A stretch of DNA of 64,000 nucleotides from the human T2T-CHM13v2.0 reference genome, Homo sapiens, in NCBI RefSeq assembly GCF_009914755.1, contig NC_060932.1. The stretch is one strand, 5' to 3'. Position 1 is the stretch's first letter. Every line of letters starts with the position of its first letter. The notes under the pieces were generated by a model. The model ran no database searches. It was not told the origin of the DNA and saw nothing but the letters and a program-made list of their open reading frames with translations. Shown piece by piece: positions 46,835-61,447 of the stretch. The position numbers and the translations under genes are program-made.

Positions 46835-47668
46835 GCTATTGTAAAGTATATTTTTGTTCTTTGACCCCCGTTTCCTGGCATACAACTTCTAAAATCCTTA
46901 GAATCTCCAGAGTGATGTCTTCTTGTATGCCAATGAACTGGTGGCTGGGGGCCCCTGGGTAACCCTGGGTTGGGGGTTAGACACTAGAAAGAGGAAGGCA
47001 GGATTAGAGGGTTGGGAGTTTCAGCCCCATCCCCAGCCTCTTGGGAGAGAAGAGGGGCTGAAGGTTAAAATGATCGCCAATGGCCAGTGGTTTAATCAAT
47101 CATGGCTATGTAATGAAGCTTCCATTAACAACCCAAAAGGTCAGGGTTCTGAGAGATCTTAGGTAGCTGAACACCTGGAGGTTCCTGGAGGGTGGTGTCC
47201 CAGGAGGCATGGTAGCTCTGCGCCCTTCCCCTACACCTTGCCCTGTGCATCTCTTCGTCAGTGTTCTTTGTACTATCCTTTATAATAAACCTGTAAATGT
47301 GATTCCCTAAGTTTTGTGAACCACTCTAGCAAATTAATTAGACCCAAAGAGGGGGTTGTGGGAACCCTGATTTATACCTGGTCAGTCAAGCACAGGTTAA
47401 AACAACCTGGCGCCTGTGATTGGCATCAAGAGTAGGGGTAGTCTTGTGGGACTGAGCCCTCACCCTGGGGAATCTGACACTATCTCCAGGTAGATAGCAT
47501 CAGAGGTGAATTGGATTGGAGAATGCCCAGCTGGTGTTCACTGAAGAATTGATTGCTTACTTGCTGGTGGGGAGAAACCCCCACATTTGGTCCCAGAAGT
47601 CCTCTGTGTTGATTTTTTTGGGGTAAGAGAATAGAAAAAGCACTTTGGTTGTTTTTTTTCCACTCACA
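46835..47668 (+). mobile_element. MER21-family LTR
   Basis: ttcctggcatacaacttctaaaatcctt..ggattagagggttggga..ccaatggccagtggtttaatcaatcatg..gtcttgtgggactgagccct..atctccaggtagatagcatcaga. Confidence 0.8.
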
Positions 47669-47722
47669 CAGGGGTTGATCTATAAGTTCAGCCTTATTTT
47701 GAGTCCATGTAATCCCCAAGAC

Positions 47723-48140
<418 letters not shown>

Positions 48141-48756
48141 CTATACTCTCTCTCTCTTTTCCTTCCTTTCTCCCTGCCTCTGTCTCTCTCACCAGCACAC
48201 CCTTTAACCTAGAAACTAGACACGAAGGGAAATCTTCAGGAGAGCTACTGGGGTCAGAAGCTCTCTCCCGAGACTCATGGAATGTTTTTCCTAATGCCAG
48301 ACTCTAGAGAAAGGGGCTTAGGTAGATGTTGGCATCCCAACTGCTTAGGCTTAAAGTTGATACCTGCAGGTTGGTCAGGGTCGGGCACAGACACCACCAC
48401 AGAACATTGAGTCAGTAGAAAAACTGACTCTAAAAAGGAACCATAAAACTTCTCTTCTGTCAGGTGCTAGATCTTCCACTTGTCACAGCCCCTGAGGCCG
48501 ATGCCTTTTTTTAGCTGCCTCCAGCTCTCAGAATAACTGCAGGGAAGCTGCTGAGCTTGTCAGGGCCTCAACCTCAGCCTCTTCATCTCTTGGTTTACAT
48601 CTGCTCAGCCTTAGCTGAGGAGCACGGCTCAAGTTCATCTCTCCCTCCAAGGGCAACTAGAGACATGGCACAGAGACGCTTCCCACTCACTTCTGTCTTT
48701 GAACTCCGTATCCTTAGCCTGCTCCCTTGAAGTTTCCCCTCTCAACCAAAGTCCTA

Positions 48757-49257
<501 letters not shown>

Positions 49258-50367
49258 TCACGAGATCCCCTTATGATCCCACACCACCATGGCCTGGGTC
49301 TGATACACAGAGCTGTGTGGAGTCTTGGCAGAGCAGCCGCTCAGGCACACACAGAGACCTAGGAGTTTTACACACTCTGGCTCCAGGATCTCCATCAAGG
49401 TGGGAGAAGTATCCATCCATATCCCCAGAAAGGGGGCCGAATCCAGGGAGGCAAGTAGCATTGTTCCATGGGCCCCACTTCCATAGCACCTCACAAGTTA
49501 AGACCCATGGCTTGAAATTTCTGTCAGCCAATGGCAGTAGGCTGGATTCTGCCTGAGATGTGACCAAGTTCCCAGGGGGAAGGGCGGGCACCATCTCTGC
49601 AGTTCGATAGACTCAGCCATTCCAGCGTGCCAGCTTTGGAGAATCCAAATGGTCTGGACAAGGAAGGGTCCTCCAGGGCATCACAGCTGCCTTGCCAGAT
49701 CATGGCCAGACTGCTTCTTTAAGTGGGACCCCATCCATTACTCCTCACTGGGTGGGATCTCCCCGCAGAGGCTTCAGCCACTCCTGCCAGCCACAGTTCT
49801 ACAGATAGAGCTCTAATTTATCCCTGGAACAGAGCTCCCAGGGACAGGGGTGGCTGCAATCTCTATGGTTTGCTTGACTCAGCCATTCCAGCCTGCCAGC
49901 TTTGGAGAATCCAAATGGTCTGGATGAGGAAGGGTCCCTCATAATACAGCACACCTCCTCCACCAAAAAACAGCCAGACTGCTTCTTTAAGCACGTCCCT
50001 GATCCCGTTCCTCCTGTCTGGGTGAGATCTCCCAACAGGGATCTCCAGTCACCTCCTATAGGTGCGCTTGGGCAGACAATATGTCAGTACCCCCTTGGGA
50101 TGGAGCTTCCAGGAGAAGAAGCAAGATGTCATCTTTGCTATTTTGCAGGCTTCACTGGTGATACCTCTGGGTACAAAAAACTCCAAGGCAACTAGGGTCT
50201 GGAGCGGACCCCCAGCAAACTGCAACAGCCCTACAGAACAGTGGCCTGACTGTTAAAAGAAAAACAAATAAACAGAAAACAACAACAACATTAACAAAAG
50301 AGATCCCACAAAAACCTCATTCAAAGGTCAGCAGCCTCAAAGATCAAAGGTAGATAAGCCCACAAAG

Positions 50368-51400
50368 ATGAGAGAAAATCAGCACAAAAATGCCGAAAAC
50401 CCAAAAAGCCAGAATGTCTCTTCTCCTCCAAATGACTACAATACCTCTCCAGCAAGGACACAGAACTGAGCTGAGGCTGAAATGGCTGAATTGGCAAAAG
50501 TAGGCTTCAGAAGGTGGATAATAACATACTTCACTGAGTTAAAGGAATATGTTGTAATCAAATGCAAAGAAGCTAAGAATCATGATAAAACAATACAGGA
50601 GCTGATAGCCAGAATAGCCAGTTTAGAGAGGAATATAACCCACCTGATGGAGCTGAAAAACACAACACGAGAACTTCTTAAGTATCAACAGCAGAATAGA
50701 TCAAGCAGAGGAAAGAATCTCTGAGCTTGAAGACTATCTTTCTGAAATAAGACAGGCAAACAAGAACACAGAAAACAGAAAGAAAAGGAAGGAACAAAAC
50801 CTCCAAGAAATATGGGATTATGTAAAGAGACTGAACCTACAACTGATTAGGGTACATGAAAGAGACAGGGAGAATGGAACCAAGTTGGAAAACGTATTTC
50901 AGGATATCATCCAGGAGAACGTTCCCAATCTAGGAAGACAGGCCAACATTCAAATTCAGGAAATGCAGAGAACCCCAGCAAGGTAATCCACAAGAAGATC
51001 AATCCCAAGACACGTAATCATCAGATTCTCCAAGGTTGAAATGGAAGAAAAATTGTTAAGGCCAGCCAGAGGGAAAGGCCAGGTCACCTACAAAGGGAAG
51101 CACATCAGACTAACAACAGACCTCTCAGCAGAAACCCTACAAGCCAGAAGAGATTGAGGGCCAATATTTAATATTCTTAAAGAAAAGAATTTCCAACCCA
51201 GAATTTCATATTCAGCCAAACTAAACTTCATGAGCAAAGGAGAAATAAGATTCTTTCAGACAAGCAAATGCTGAGGGAATTCTTCACCACCAGGCCTGCC
51301 TTGCAAGAGCTCCTAAAGGATGCACTAAATATGGAAAGGAAAAATCATTGCTAGCAACTGCAAAAACACAGTGAAGTATACAAACCAGTGAGACTATGAA
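50368..51400 (+). pseudogene. L1 ORF1p remnant (stops and frameshifts)
   Basis: atgagagaaaatcagcac start; fragment FRRWIITYFTELKEYV..IASLERNITHLMELKNTTREL. Confidence 0.88.
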
Positions 51401-51443
51401 GAAACTACGTAAAGAAGTCTGCAAATAACCAGCTAGCATAATG

Positions 51444-54222
51444 ATGACAAGATCAAATTCACATATAACAATACTAACCCTAAATGTAAATGGGCTAAAT
51501 GCCCCAATTAAAACGCATGGAATGGCAAACTAGGTAGAGTTAAGACCCATCAGTATGCTGTCTTCAAGAGACCCATCTCACGTACGAAGAAACACATAGG
51601 CTCAAAATGAAGTGATGGAGAAAAATTTAACAAACAAATGGAAAACAGAAAAAAGCAAGGGTTACAATCCTAGTTTCTGACAAAACAGACTTTAAATCAA
51701 CAAAAATCAAAAAAGGCAAAGAAGGGCATTGCCATAATAGTAAAGGGTTCAATTCAACAAGAAGAACTAACTGTCTTAAATATATATGCACCCAATACAG
51801 GAGCACCCAGATTCATAAAGCAAGTTCTTAGAGATCTACAAAGAGACTTGAACTCCCTCCCACAATAATAGTGGGAGATTTTGACACCCCACCAACAATA
51901 TTAGACAGATCATTGAGATAGAAAGTTAACAAAGATATTCAGGACCTGAACTCAGCTCTGGATCAAGTGGACCTAATAGATATCTACAGAACTTTCCATC
52001 TGAAAGCAATAGAACATACATTCTTCTCATCACCACATGACACTTACTCTAAAATTGATCACATAATTGAAAGTAAAACTCTTCTCAGCAAATGCAAAAG
52101 AACTGAACTCATAACAGTCTCTCAGACCACAGCACAATCAAATTAGAACTCAAGATTAAGAAATTCACTCAAAACCACACAACTATATGGGAACTGAATA
52201 ACCTGCTTCTGAATGGCTCTTGGGTAAATAATGAAATTAAGGCAGAAATCAAGAAGTTATTTGAAACTAATGAGAACAAAGAGACAATGTACCAGAATCT
52301 CTGGGATGCAGTTAAAGCAATGTTAAGAGGGAAATTTATACCACTAAATGCCCACATCAAAAAGCTAGAAAGATCTCAAGTTAACAACCTAACATCATAA
52401 CTAAAAGAACTGGAGAACCAAGAGCAAAAAAACCCCAAAGCTAGCAGAAGACAAGAAATAACCGTGATCAGACCTGAACTGAAGAAGATAAAGACATGAA
52501 AAACCCATAAAAAATGAATAAAATCCAGAAGCTGTTTTTTTGAAAAAATTAATAAAATATATAGACCTCTAGCTAGACTAATAAAGAAGAAAATAGAAAA
52601 GAATCAAATAAACACAATCAGAAATGATAAGGGGGATGTCACCACTGACCCCACAGAAATACAAACAACCATCAGAGAATACTGTAAACACCTCTATGCA
52701 CATAAACTAGAAAATCTAGAAGAAATAAAAAAATTCTTGGACACATACACCCTCCCAAGACTGAGCCAGAAAGAAATTGAATCCCCGAATAGACCAATAA
52801 TGAGTTCTGAAATTCAAGCAGTAAATAGCCTACCAACCAAAAAAAGCCCAGATCCACACAGATTCATAGCCGAATTCCACCAGAGATACAAAGAAGAGCT
52901 GGTACAATTTCTACTGAAACTATTCCAAAAAATTGAAAAGGAGGGACTCCTCCCTAACTCATTCTATGAGGCCAGCATCATTATGATACCAAAACCTGGC
53001 AGAGATACAACAACAAAAAATTTCAGGCCAATATCGTTGATGCACATTGATGCAAAAATCCTCAAAAAAGTACTGTGAAACTGAATCCAGCAGCACATCA
53101 AAAACTTATGGATCACCATCACGTTGGCTTCCTCCCTGGGATGCAAGTTTGGTTCAACATATGCAAAACAATAAATGTGATTTATCACATAAACAGAACT
53201 AAAGACAAAAACCACATGATTATCTCAATAGATGCAGAAAAGGCCTTTGATAAAATTCAACATCCCTTCGTGTTAAAAATTCTTAATAAGCTAGGTATTG
53301 AAGGAACGTACCTCAAAATAACAAGAGCCATATATGACAGACCCACTGACAACATCATACTGAATGGGCAAAAGCTGGAAACATTCCCATTGAAAACTGG
53401 CACAAGACAAGAATGCCCTCTCTCACCACTCCTATTGAACACAGTATTGGAAGTTCTGGCCAAGGCAATCAGGCAAGAGAAAGAAATAAAGCATATTCAA
53501 ATAGGAAGAAGGAAGTCAAATTACCTTTGTTTGTGGATGACATAATCCTATATCTAGAAAATCCCATTGTCTTAGACCAAAAGCTTCTTCAGCTGATAAG
53601 CAACTTCAGCAGTCTCAGGATACAAAATCAGTGTGCAAAAATTGCTAGCATTTCTATACACCAACAAAAGGCAAGCAGAGAGTGAAATCATGAATGAACT
53701 CCCTTTCACAATTGCTACAAAAATAATAAAATACCTAGGAATATAGTCAACAAGGGAAGTGAAGAACCTCTTCAAGGAGAACTACAAACCACTGCTCAAA
53801 AAAGTCAGAGAGGACACAAACAAATGGAGAAACAGTCTATGCTCATGGATGGGATGAATCAATATTGTGAAAATGGCCATACTGCCCAAAGTAATTAATA
53901 TATTAAATGTTATTCCATTAAACTACCACTGAAATTCTTCACAGAATTAGAAAAAACTATTTTAAAATTCATATGGAACCAAAAAATAGCCTGAATAGCC
54001 AAGACAATCCTAAGCAAAAAGAGCAAAGCTGGAGTCATCACACTACCCAACTTCAAACTATACTACAAGGCTACAGTAACCAAAACAGCATGGTGCTGGT
54101 ACAAGAACAGAAACATAGACCAATGGAACCAATAGAGAACTCAGAAACAAGACTGCACACCTACAACCATATGATCTTCAACAAACCTGACAAAAACAAG
54201 CAATGGGGAAAGGATTCCCTAG

Positions 54223-54281
<59 letters not shown>

Positions 54282-55617
54282 GAGTCAGGATCTCACTGTT
54301 GCCCAGGCTGGAGTGCAATGACGCAATCTCTGCTCTTTGCAAATTCTGCCCCCCAGGTTCAAGCAATTCTCCAGCCTTAGCCTCCTGAGTAGCTGGGATT
54401 ACAGGTGCCCGCCACCACACCCAGCTGATTTTTGTATTTTTAGTAGAGACAGGGTTTCACCGTATTGGCCAGGCTGGTCTCTTGGGCAGGCTGGTCTTGA
54501 ACTCCTGACCTTGTGATCTGCCCGCCTCAGCCTCCCTAAGTGCTGGGATTACAGGCATGAGCCACTGCACCAGGCCCAGGATTCCCTATTTAATAAATGG
54601 TTCTGGGAGAACTGGCTAGCCATATGCAGAAAACTGAAACTGGACCTCTTCCTTATACCTTATACAAAAATTAACTCAAGATGGATTACAGACTTAAATG
54701 TAAACCCCAAACTATAAAAGCCCTAGAAGAAAATCTAGGCAATACCATTCAGGACATAGGCATGGGCAAAGATTTAATGATGAAAACAGCAAAAACAATT
54801 GCAACAAACGCCAAAATTGACAAATGGGATGTAAGTAAACTAAAGAGCTTCTGCACAGCAAAAGAAACTAGCATCAGAACACAGGCAACCTACAGAATGG
54901 GAGAAAATTTCTGCAATCTATGCATCAACAGAGGTCTAAGATCCAGAGTCTATAAGGAACTTAAACAAATTTACAAGAAAAAAACAACCCCATTAAAAAG
55001 TGGGCAAAGCACATGAGCAGACACTTCTCAAAGGAATACATACATGTAATCGACAAATATACGAAGAAAAGCTCAACATCAGTGACAATTAGAGAAATGC
55101 AAATCAAAACCACAATGAGATATGATACCATCTCATGCCAGTCAGAATGGCTATTATTTAAAAGTCAAAAAACAACAGATGCTGACAAGTTTGTAGAGAA
55201 AAATGAATACTTTTACACTACTGGTGGAAGTGTAAATTAGTTCAACCATTGTGGAAGACATTGTGGTGATTCCTTAAAGGGTAGACACAGAAATACCACT
55301 TGACCCAGCAATCCCATTACTGGGTATATGCCCAAAGGAATATAAATCATTCTATTATAAAAACACATGCATGCATATGTTCACTGCAGCACTATTCACA
55401 ATAACAAAGACATGGAATCAACCTAAATGCCCATCAAGATAGACTGGATAAAGAAAAGTGGTACATATACATCATGGAATACTATGCAGCCACAAAAAGG
55501 AAAAAAATCATGTCCTTTGCAGGGACAGGGATGGAGCTGGAAGCAATTATCCTTGGCAAGCTAATGCAGGAACAGAAAACCAAACACTGCATGTTCTCAC
55601 TTCTAAGTGGGAGCTGA
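51444..55617 (+). pseudogene. L1 ORF2p (endonuclease / reverse transcriptase) remnant, disrupted
   Basis: MT.SNSHITILTLNVNGLNAPIK start; [36 protein letters not shown] at 53530-53541 (normally FADD); many stops; Alu insertion. Confidence 0.92.
54223..54576 (-). mobile_element. AluS nested in L1 ORF2, long (TTA)n tail
   Basis: TSD aggattcccta at 54211 and 54578. Confidence 0.92.
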
Positions 55618-56049
55618 ATGATGAGAACACATGGACACAAGGAGGGGAACAACACACATGGGGCCTATCAGGGGTGGGCAGGGAGGAGGAAGGGCATTAG
55701 GAAAAATAGCTAATGCATGCTGGGCTTACTACCTAGCTGATGGGTTGATCTGTGCAGCAAATCACCATGGCACATGTTTACCTATGTAACTAACCTGAAC
55801 ATCCCTGCACATATACCGCTGAACTTAAAGGTTGAAGAAAAAGAAATTTTTTTTTAATCAAAGGACTTAAAAATCCTGCACTTCCCAGTTATTTTCTATT
55901 AGCCAGAATGAGTAAGGAATTCTTGCTCTCTGCTCCTCTTGGCTTACTAAGGAGGGAGGGAAGCCAGCACTGCTCATGCTATTCATGGAATCAAAAGAAT
56001 CTTCGCAAGTCAGGTCTCCACAGTGGTTTCCACTCGATGCCCCCTGACC

Positions 56050-57045
56050 ACTCCCTCTAAAATTTCTCCTCCCCATCTCACTCCAGCCTCCTGCCAACCC
56101 TTCCTCTACTGTCTTTTACTTCACTGTACTCGCCTCCACCTAAATCATATGAGCTATTTATTCGTTTACCTGATTGTGCTCTGTCTTCTCCTCTAGAATA
56201 TGAGCTGCTTGAAGGCAAATACTGCCTCACTTGCCTCTATAGCTGCAAGCATGGAGGAGAGCCCAGAGTGCAACAGGAATTCAGTCAATGTTTTCTGAAT
56301 GAATGAATGAATGAATGAACAGATGAATGGATGAAAGGAGGGAGGATTGCTCCCCTGCCTCTGCTTCTCCAGCTCCCGCTCCTCTCTCGCCCTCATGTGC
56401 CTGGGCCACTCTGGTCTTCTTTCTCTTTTAGAGACAGAGTCTCACTCTGTCGCCCAGGCTGGAGTACAGTGGCGCGATCTCAGTTCACTGCAACCTCTGC
56501 CTCCCGGATTCAAGCAATTCTCTGCCTCAGCCTACCAAGTAGCTGGGACTACAGGGGCCCGCCACCACACCTGGCTAATTTTTGTATTTTTAGTAGAGAC
56601 GGGGTTTCACCATCTTGGCCAGGCTGGTCTTGAACTCCTGACCTCATGATCCACCCACCTCGGCCTCCCAAAGTGCTGGGATTACATCTGGTCTTCTTGT
56701 TGTTCCTCTAATCACATTTCTGTCCTCAGGCTCCTCACACACCTAAGGTCCCTCCAACTCTCTAATGCTCACTCCTTCCAGATCTCAGCCCCAGCGTCTC
56801 CTTCCCACCACTCATGTCCCCAGCTGGCCTTGGGCCCCATCACACACCTCCCACCTCCCTGGACTCTTTCCACAGAGCACTTATCATGGTTTGCAATATG
56901 GCATTTATTTGAGAGACTATTTACTCCATGACTTAGTCAAAAACCACCTTCTTGCCATCATATTCCCAGTTCACAGCTGTGTCTGGCACACAATCAGTGC
57001 TTAATAAATATTTGCCTTTAATATTTATTATGATTAAATGAGCAA
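56050..57045 (+). mobile_element. L2 3'-end relics around an Alu
   Basis: ctagaatatgagctgcttgaaggca..(gaat)n; gtctggcacacaatcagtgcttaataaatatttg. Confidence 0.6.
56422..56686 (-). mobile_element. AluSg/Sc-like SINE, 5'-truncated, short tail
   Basis: TSD tctggtcttctt at 56410-56421 and 56687-56698. Confidence 0.9.
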
Positions 57046-57273
57046 AAGTTTCCTCCAAACCCTTGAGTTTTGGGATAAAGGGTACAATTTACAAACATAG
57101 AAGTTTGTAATTGTCCCAGATTACCAAGTTTTTTAAGACTTTCTGGGTAGACTTCCCCAAACTTTCCTATTTTCATAAGCCAAGCCACATAGGATTAGAC
57201 CCATCATTTTTCAGCTATATGCTAGCCATGATTTTCTCAAGTGGATGATCAGAAGAACGGAGAGGTGAGGTCA

Positions 57274-57294
57274 GGGGTGGGGAGTGGGGTGGGG
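57274..57294 (+). other. Predicted G-quadruplex
   Basis: GGGG-T-GGGG-AGT-GGGG-T-GGGG. Confidence 0.6.
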
Positions 57295-57799
57295 AATAAC
57301 AGGGGAACAGGAGGGTTTGCTCAAGTAAGAGGTGAAGGTTACTGGGTGACTCAGAGGCTTGGGCCTTCCTTAATATTGATGACCTTCCCGCCTCCCACCA
57401 TCATATTAGAAAAAGACAAAACATAATCTGTTATCACAGAAAAAACCTCAGTGATTAATATTGTGAATATATATCTGCTTTTACTTATTGCCAACAGATT
57501 AGCAAGACACCCTTGATCCAATTTTATAGCATTTTGGAACCAGTAGGTATCTAGGGACTTAGGCAATCTGGCCCTCTAATTTTACAGACAAAGGCACTGA
57601 GGTCCATATGTTACCCAAGTTGACCAAGCAAAAATTATAATTCAGTCCCATCTCCTAGAACCATATGCCTTTATCTTTGTTGCAAGTTTTTTTTTTAATT
57701 TGCTACATTTTCCTACATTGTTTGTTGTAGCAGAATATGGTTAGTAACACAGGCAAATGATTATTGACAAGCACAACATGTGCTTATTAGCCGCATGTC

Positions 57800-58163
57800 A
57801 TTGCTTCACTAGGGTTTCCCCAGAGCAGCCTCAGAGACAAATTGATGGGGAGGTGAACTCAGGAAGCAGAGGAGGGAATGGGGAAGGGAGACAGGGAAGG
57901 GAAGTAAGTCCCCAAGGTGGAGCTAATGGGCAGTTTTCTGGGTGGACCAGTGGGGCTTTATCCAACTGGGCAAATCTCAGATTTGTCCCATGGAGAGCAA
58001 GGCAGCGGGGTCAGTTACTTGCCAGCTTCTCTCCTGTATCACTGGAGGGCTGCTGTGGTTCCTTAGCTGTGACGTCCCAAAACAGAGGGCCCACGAGGGA
58101 AGCTGGGATATGTGGAAACTGTCTGCAAGGCAGCCTCCAAGTTAGGTCTAAGGGCATCTACAG
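57800..58163 (-). mobile_element. ERVL LTR (LTR16-like)
   Basis: gggtttccccagagcag..ggggaggtgaactcaggaagca..ggggaagggagacagggaagggaag. Confidence 0.6.
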
Positions 58164-58270
58164 ACTTTCCTCTTGCCACTCTCCTGGAGCGTGGGAAATG
58201 CGAAGCCTGATAAGGCATAATGCCTGATTTCAGATCCCACAACCAGGAGGGCCCTAGAAATCATCTAGGC

Positions 58271-58495
58271 CAGAGGTCTGCAAAGATTTTCTGCAAAGGG
58301 CCAGAGAGTAAATATTTTAAGTTTCATGGATCGTCTGTCCTCTGCTGGGAGAACCAACTCTGCCATCGTAGTATAAAAAGTAGCCGCAGATAAGATGTAA
58401 AACATTGAGCATGGCTGTGCTCCAATCAAACTTTATTTACAAAAACAGGGTGAGGTGTTGGATTTGGCCCCAAGACCATAGTGTGCTGATCCCTG
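58271..58495 (+). mobile_element. MER58A hAT-Charlie element (within a MIR relic)
   Basis: cagaggtctgcaaa..aaagggccagagagtaaatattttaag..ggctgtgctccaatcaaactttatttacaaaaacagg..tgctgatccctg. Confidence 0.85.
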
Positions 58496-58867
58496 ATTAG
58501 ACAACCCTTTTTATTTTAGCATGAAGAAAATTGAGACCCACAGAGCTTCTCAGGGCCACGGTTCAGGACTTTGTGGTGGTGTCAGAGCTGGGAGGATCAA
58601 ATCAAGTCTGGCTTTCAGTCCAGAGCACTTTCCACTCTGCCCCATCCAGTCTTCTCCCAGTAGGGGCTTTTCTTTGACTGCTACCCACCCTGCACTGACC
58701 TCCTGGACATACAGAGGAGGGACAGCCAGAGGAGTGTGCAGGAGCCCCTGCTTTAGAGGCTGTGCATCTTGGATTTCCCAGATCTTGCCATCTGCAGAGA
58801 TACTCCTTATTCCACCTGGATCCCTTCCTGCCTCAGCTGTGCCCATTTTCTACCTCTTCTAAGTTAA

Positions 58868-58921
58868 AATCCTAGCACTTTGGGAGGCCAAGGTGGGCAG
58901 ATCACTTGAAGTCAGGAGTTC
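58868..58921 (+). mobile_element. Tail-less Alu left-arm fragment
   Basis: aatcctagcactttgggaggccaaggtgggcagatcacttgaagtcaggagttc. Confidence 0.85.
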
Positions 58922-59179
58922 TAAGTGAAAATCAACCTGGTATTGATCTATGAAGGTTTTCAGAAAACTCAGAAGGCCACCAGGGATTCATCCATGCCAG
59001 TGATGCTGTGTATAAAGCCAGGTACACAACATGTGTGAGACCCCACCTCTCTCTTACAACATATATTATTAAAAGTTTCTTTCCGAATTCTAGCCAAGCA
59101 TTTATGGTCAGGACAAGCAAATAATTAGGAATAACATGCTTACTTTCTTCTCCTCTTTTTTTCTCACCCTGTGCACCCA

Positions 59180-59250
59180 ACACACACACAGACACACACA
59201 CACATACACACACACAGACACACAGACACACACACACACACACACACACA
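59180..59250 (+). repeat. (CA)n compound microsatellite
   Basis: Directly visible. Confidence 0.93.
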
Positions 59251-59664
59251 TGTGCATGCATGCACATGCATCAGTAGAGGAACCAAACAGAAAAGAATAC
59301 AGAACGGAATAGTGTTCTCCTCAGACCGAGTGAAATTAACTCTAGTGTAAATGACTTTGTAGAGTCAGGAGAGCAGGGTCTGAACCCACACTTTTCCATG
59401 TGTTTGCTGTTTAACACTGAACAAATGACATAACTTCCCTGATTCCCCCAGTCTTCTTATTTCAAACTCGGTAACACTGCATGCCTCATGGGTTTGTTGT
59501 GCAATAAATGTGAAATCACATGACCTCTGGGAGCCTGTTACCAGGCCAAGTCCATAGCAGGCACTCCACGAACAATGGGTTGCTCTCCCTGACCACAAGG
59601 AGGATGTGATTCCATGTGTTCCCTGCTTCTCCCCTGCCTAAAACTCCTGCCTAGTTTTCTTTCT

Positions 59665-59710
<46 letters not shown>
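59665..59710 (+). repeat. (TC)n(CA)n microsatellite
   Basis: Directly visible. Confidence 0.93.
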
Positions 59711-60187
59711 TGCTCTTTGTCACATTCAGACACTTATTTCTGGCTTCTATCCGGTGGTTGCACACCCTCCCAACATCGCGAATCTTGGAGACACTAACCA
59801 GGATGTGCTGCCACCCGCTCTGTTCCCTGTGCAGAGTGGCAGGAAAGCTTGACCTGGGCACCTGAGCTCGGTGTGTCTGTGCATGGGGGGAGTGGGACAG
59901 CACAGGACAGGGCAAGGGGCACCATCTCTTTTTCCTCTTCTGAAATCACTGGAAGTAAATTTCAAATTTTTGTCTTAACAATATCCTGAGAGCCCTGTGA
60001 TTAATGCTGAGCATGCTTTTGAGATGGCCTTGCTTGAGCCAGTTCAGGTTTTACACAGGTAGGTTTTCAGTCTGAAAGGACTCAGGACTCTTTCCTGGTT
60101 TCAAATTGCTGTTTCAACCAATGGAACCAACCAGAACTTACATCCTGCTATCCCAAACCCTGGGGAGTGAGAGCCGCACGGGGCAGG

Positions 60188-60602
60188 CTTTCTTTATTCC
60201 TTTGTGTTGCTATAAAGAAATACCTGAAGTTGGGTAATTTATAAAGGAAGAAGGTTTATTTGCTCATGATGATGCTGGCTGGAAGACTGGGCATCTGGGG
60301 AGGGCCTTAGGCTTCTTACACTCCTGATGGAAGGGGAAGGGGAGCTGGCACATGCAGAGATCACAGGGCAAGAGAGGAAGCAGGAGAGGAGAGGGGGCCC
60401 AGCTCTTCCTAACAACCAGCTCTTGCAGGAACTAGAATGAAAATGCACTCATCCCCCAGGAAGGGGATTAATCTATTCATCAGTGATCTGCCCCCTGACC
60501 CAAATGCTTTGCACTAGGCCCCACCTTCAACATGGGGATTAAATTTCAACAGAAGTGTGAGGGGACAAACATCCAAATGACACAAACATCCAAACCACAG
60601 CA
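60188..60602 (-). mobile_element. MST (MSTB1/B2-like) MaLR solo LTR
   Basis: gtgttgctataaagaaatacctga..gggtaatttataaag..taggccccaccttcaaca..acaaacatccaaaccacagca. Confidence 0.82.
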
Positions 60603-60704
60603 CTGCCCACAGCCTCTCTCATTAGTGGAGGGGAGATGAGTTGCCTACAATAGGAAAGGCCTGTGGAAATCTCCTCTGAAAACACAATGTAAGCCTTTTT
60701 AAAA

Positions 60705-61022
<318 letters not shown>

Positions 61023-61039
61023 TGATGTGCACGCTGTGC

Positions 61040-61447
61040 TGGATCTCTTCTGCTTTGCCCTCTAGATGGAATTTCTATCCTCCACTCTGCCATGAGCTCC
61101 TGAAAACTGGACATGTGCACAACAGCAAGCCCACATAACTTCTGTCTTCCTGTTGAGTTCAGCCCAAGAAAGATCGGGAAATCTACTTCCTCATGCCCCT
61201 CCCAGGGGTACCGCTGCAAGCTGGCTGCAAGTCCTGCCGGGCTGGTTCTGATACTGTCCCCTGCCCTTGTTCCTTAAGCCCAGTGGGGGTAAGACCTCCC
61301 CAGTTCCAGTCCTGTGTTCTTCACTATACTTCGTGGCCAGCCTACACTCTTCCCACACCTTTGTAAAAAGCCCTTGTGTTAAACACCCTCTCAAATCTCC
61401 CGGTTCCAGCATGCCATCTGTTTCCTGCAGGGACCCTGGCTGATCAG
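61040..61447 (+). mobile_element. ERVL LTR (LTR33-like)
   Basis: cccacacctttgtaaaaagccc..ctctcaaat..tgccatctgtttcctgcagggaccctggctgatca. Confidence 0.6.

Noticed and set aside
52737-53685. Reverse-transcriptase-like ORFs as a novel RT or retron system
   Set aside because: Frameshifted pieces of L1 ORF2 within a decayed L1.
53973-54380. ORF with a poly-isoleucine tract
   Set aside because: Translation of the (TTA)n Alu tail nested in the L1.
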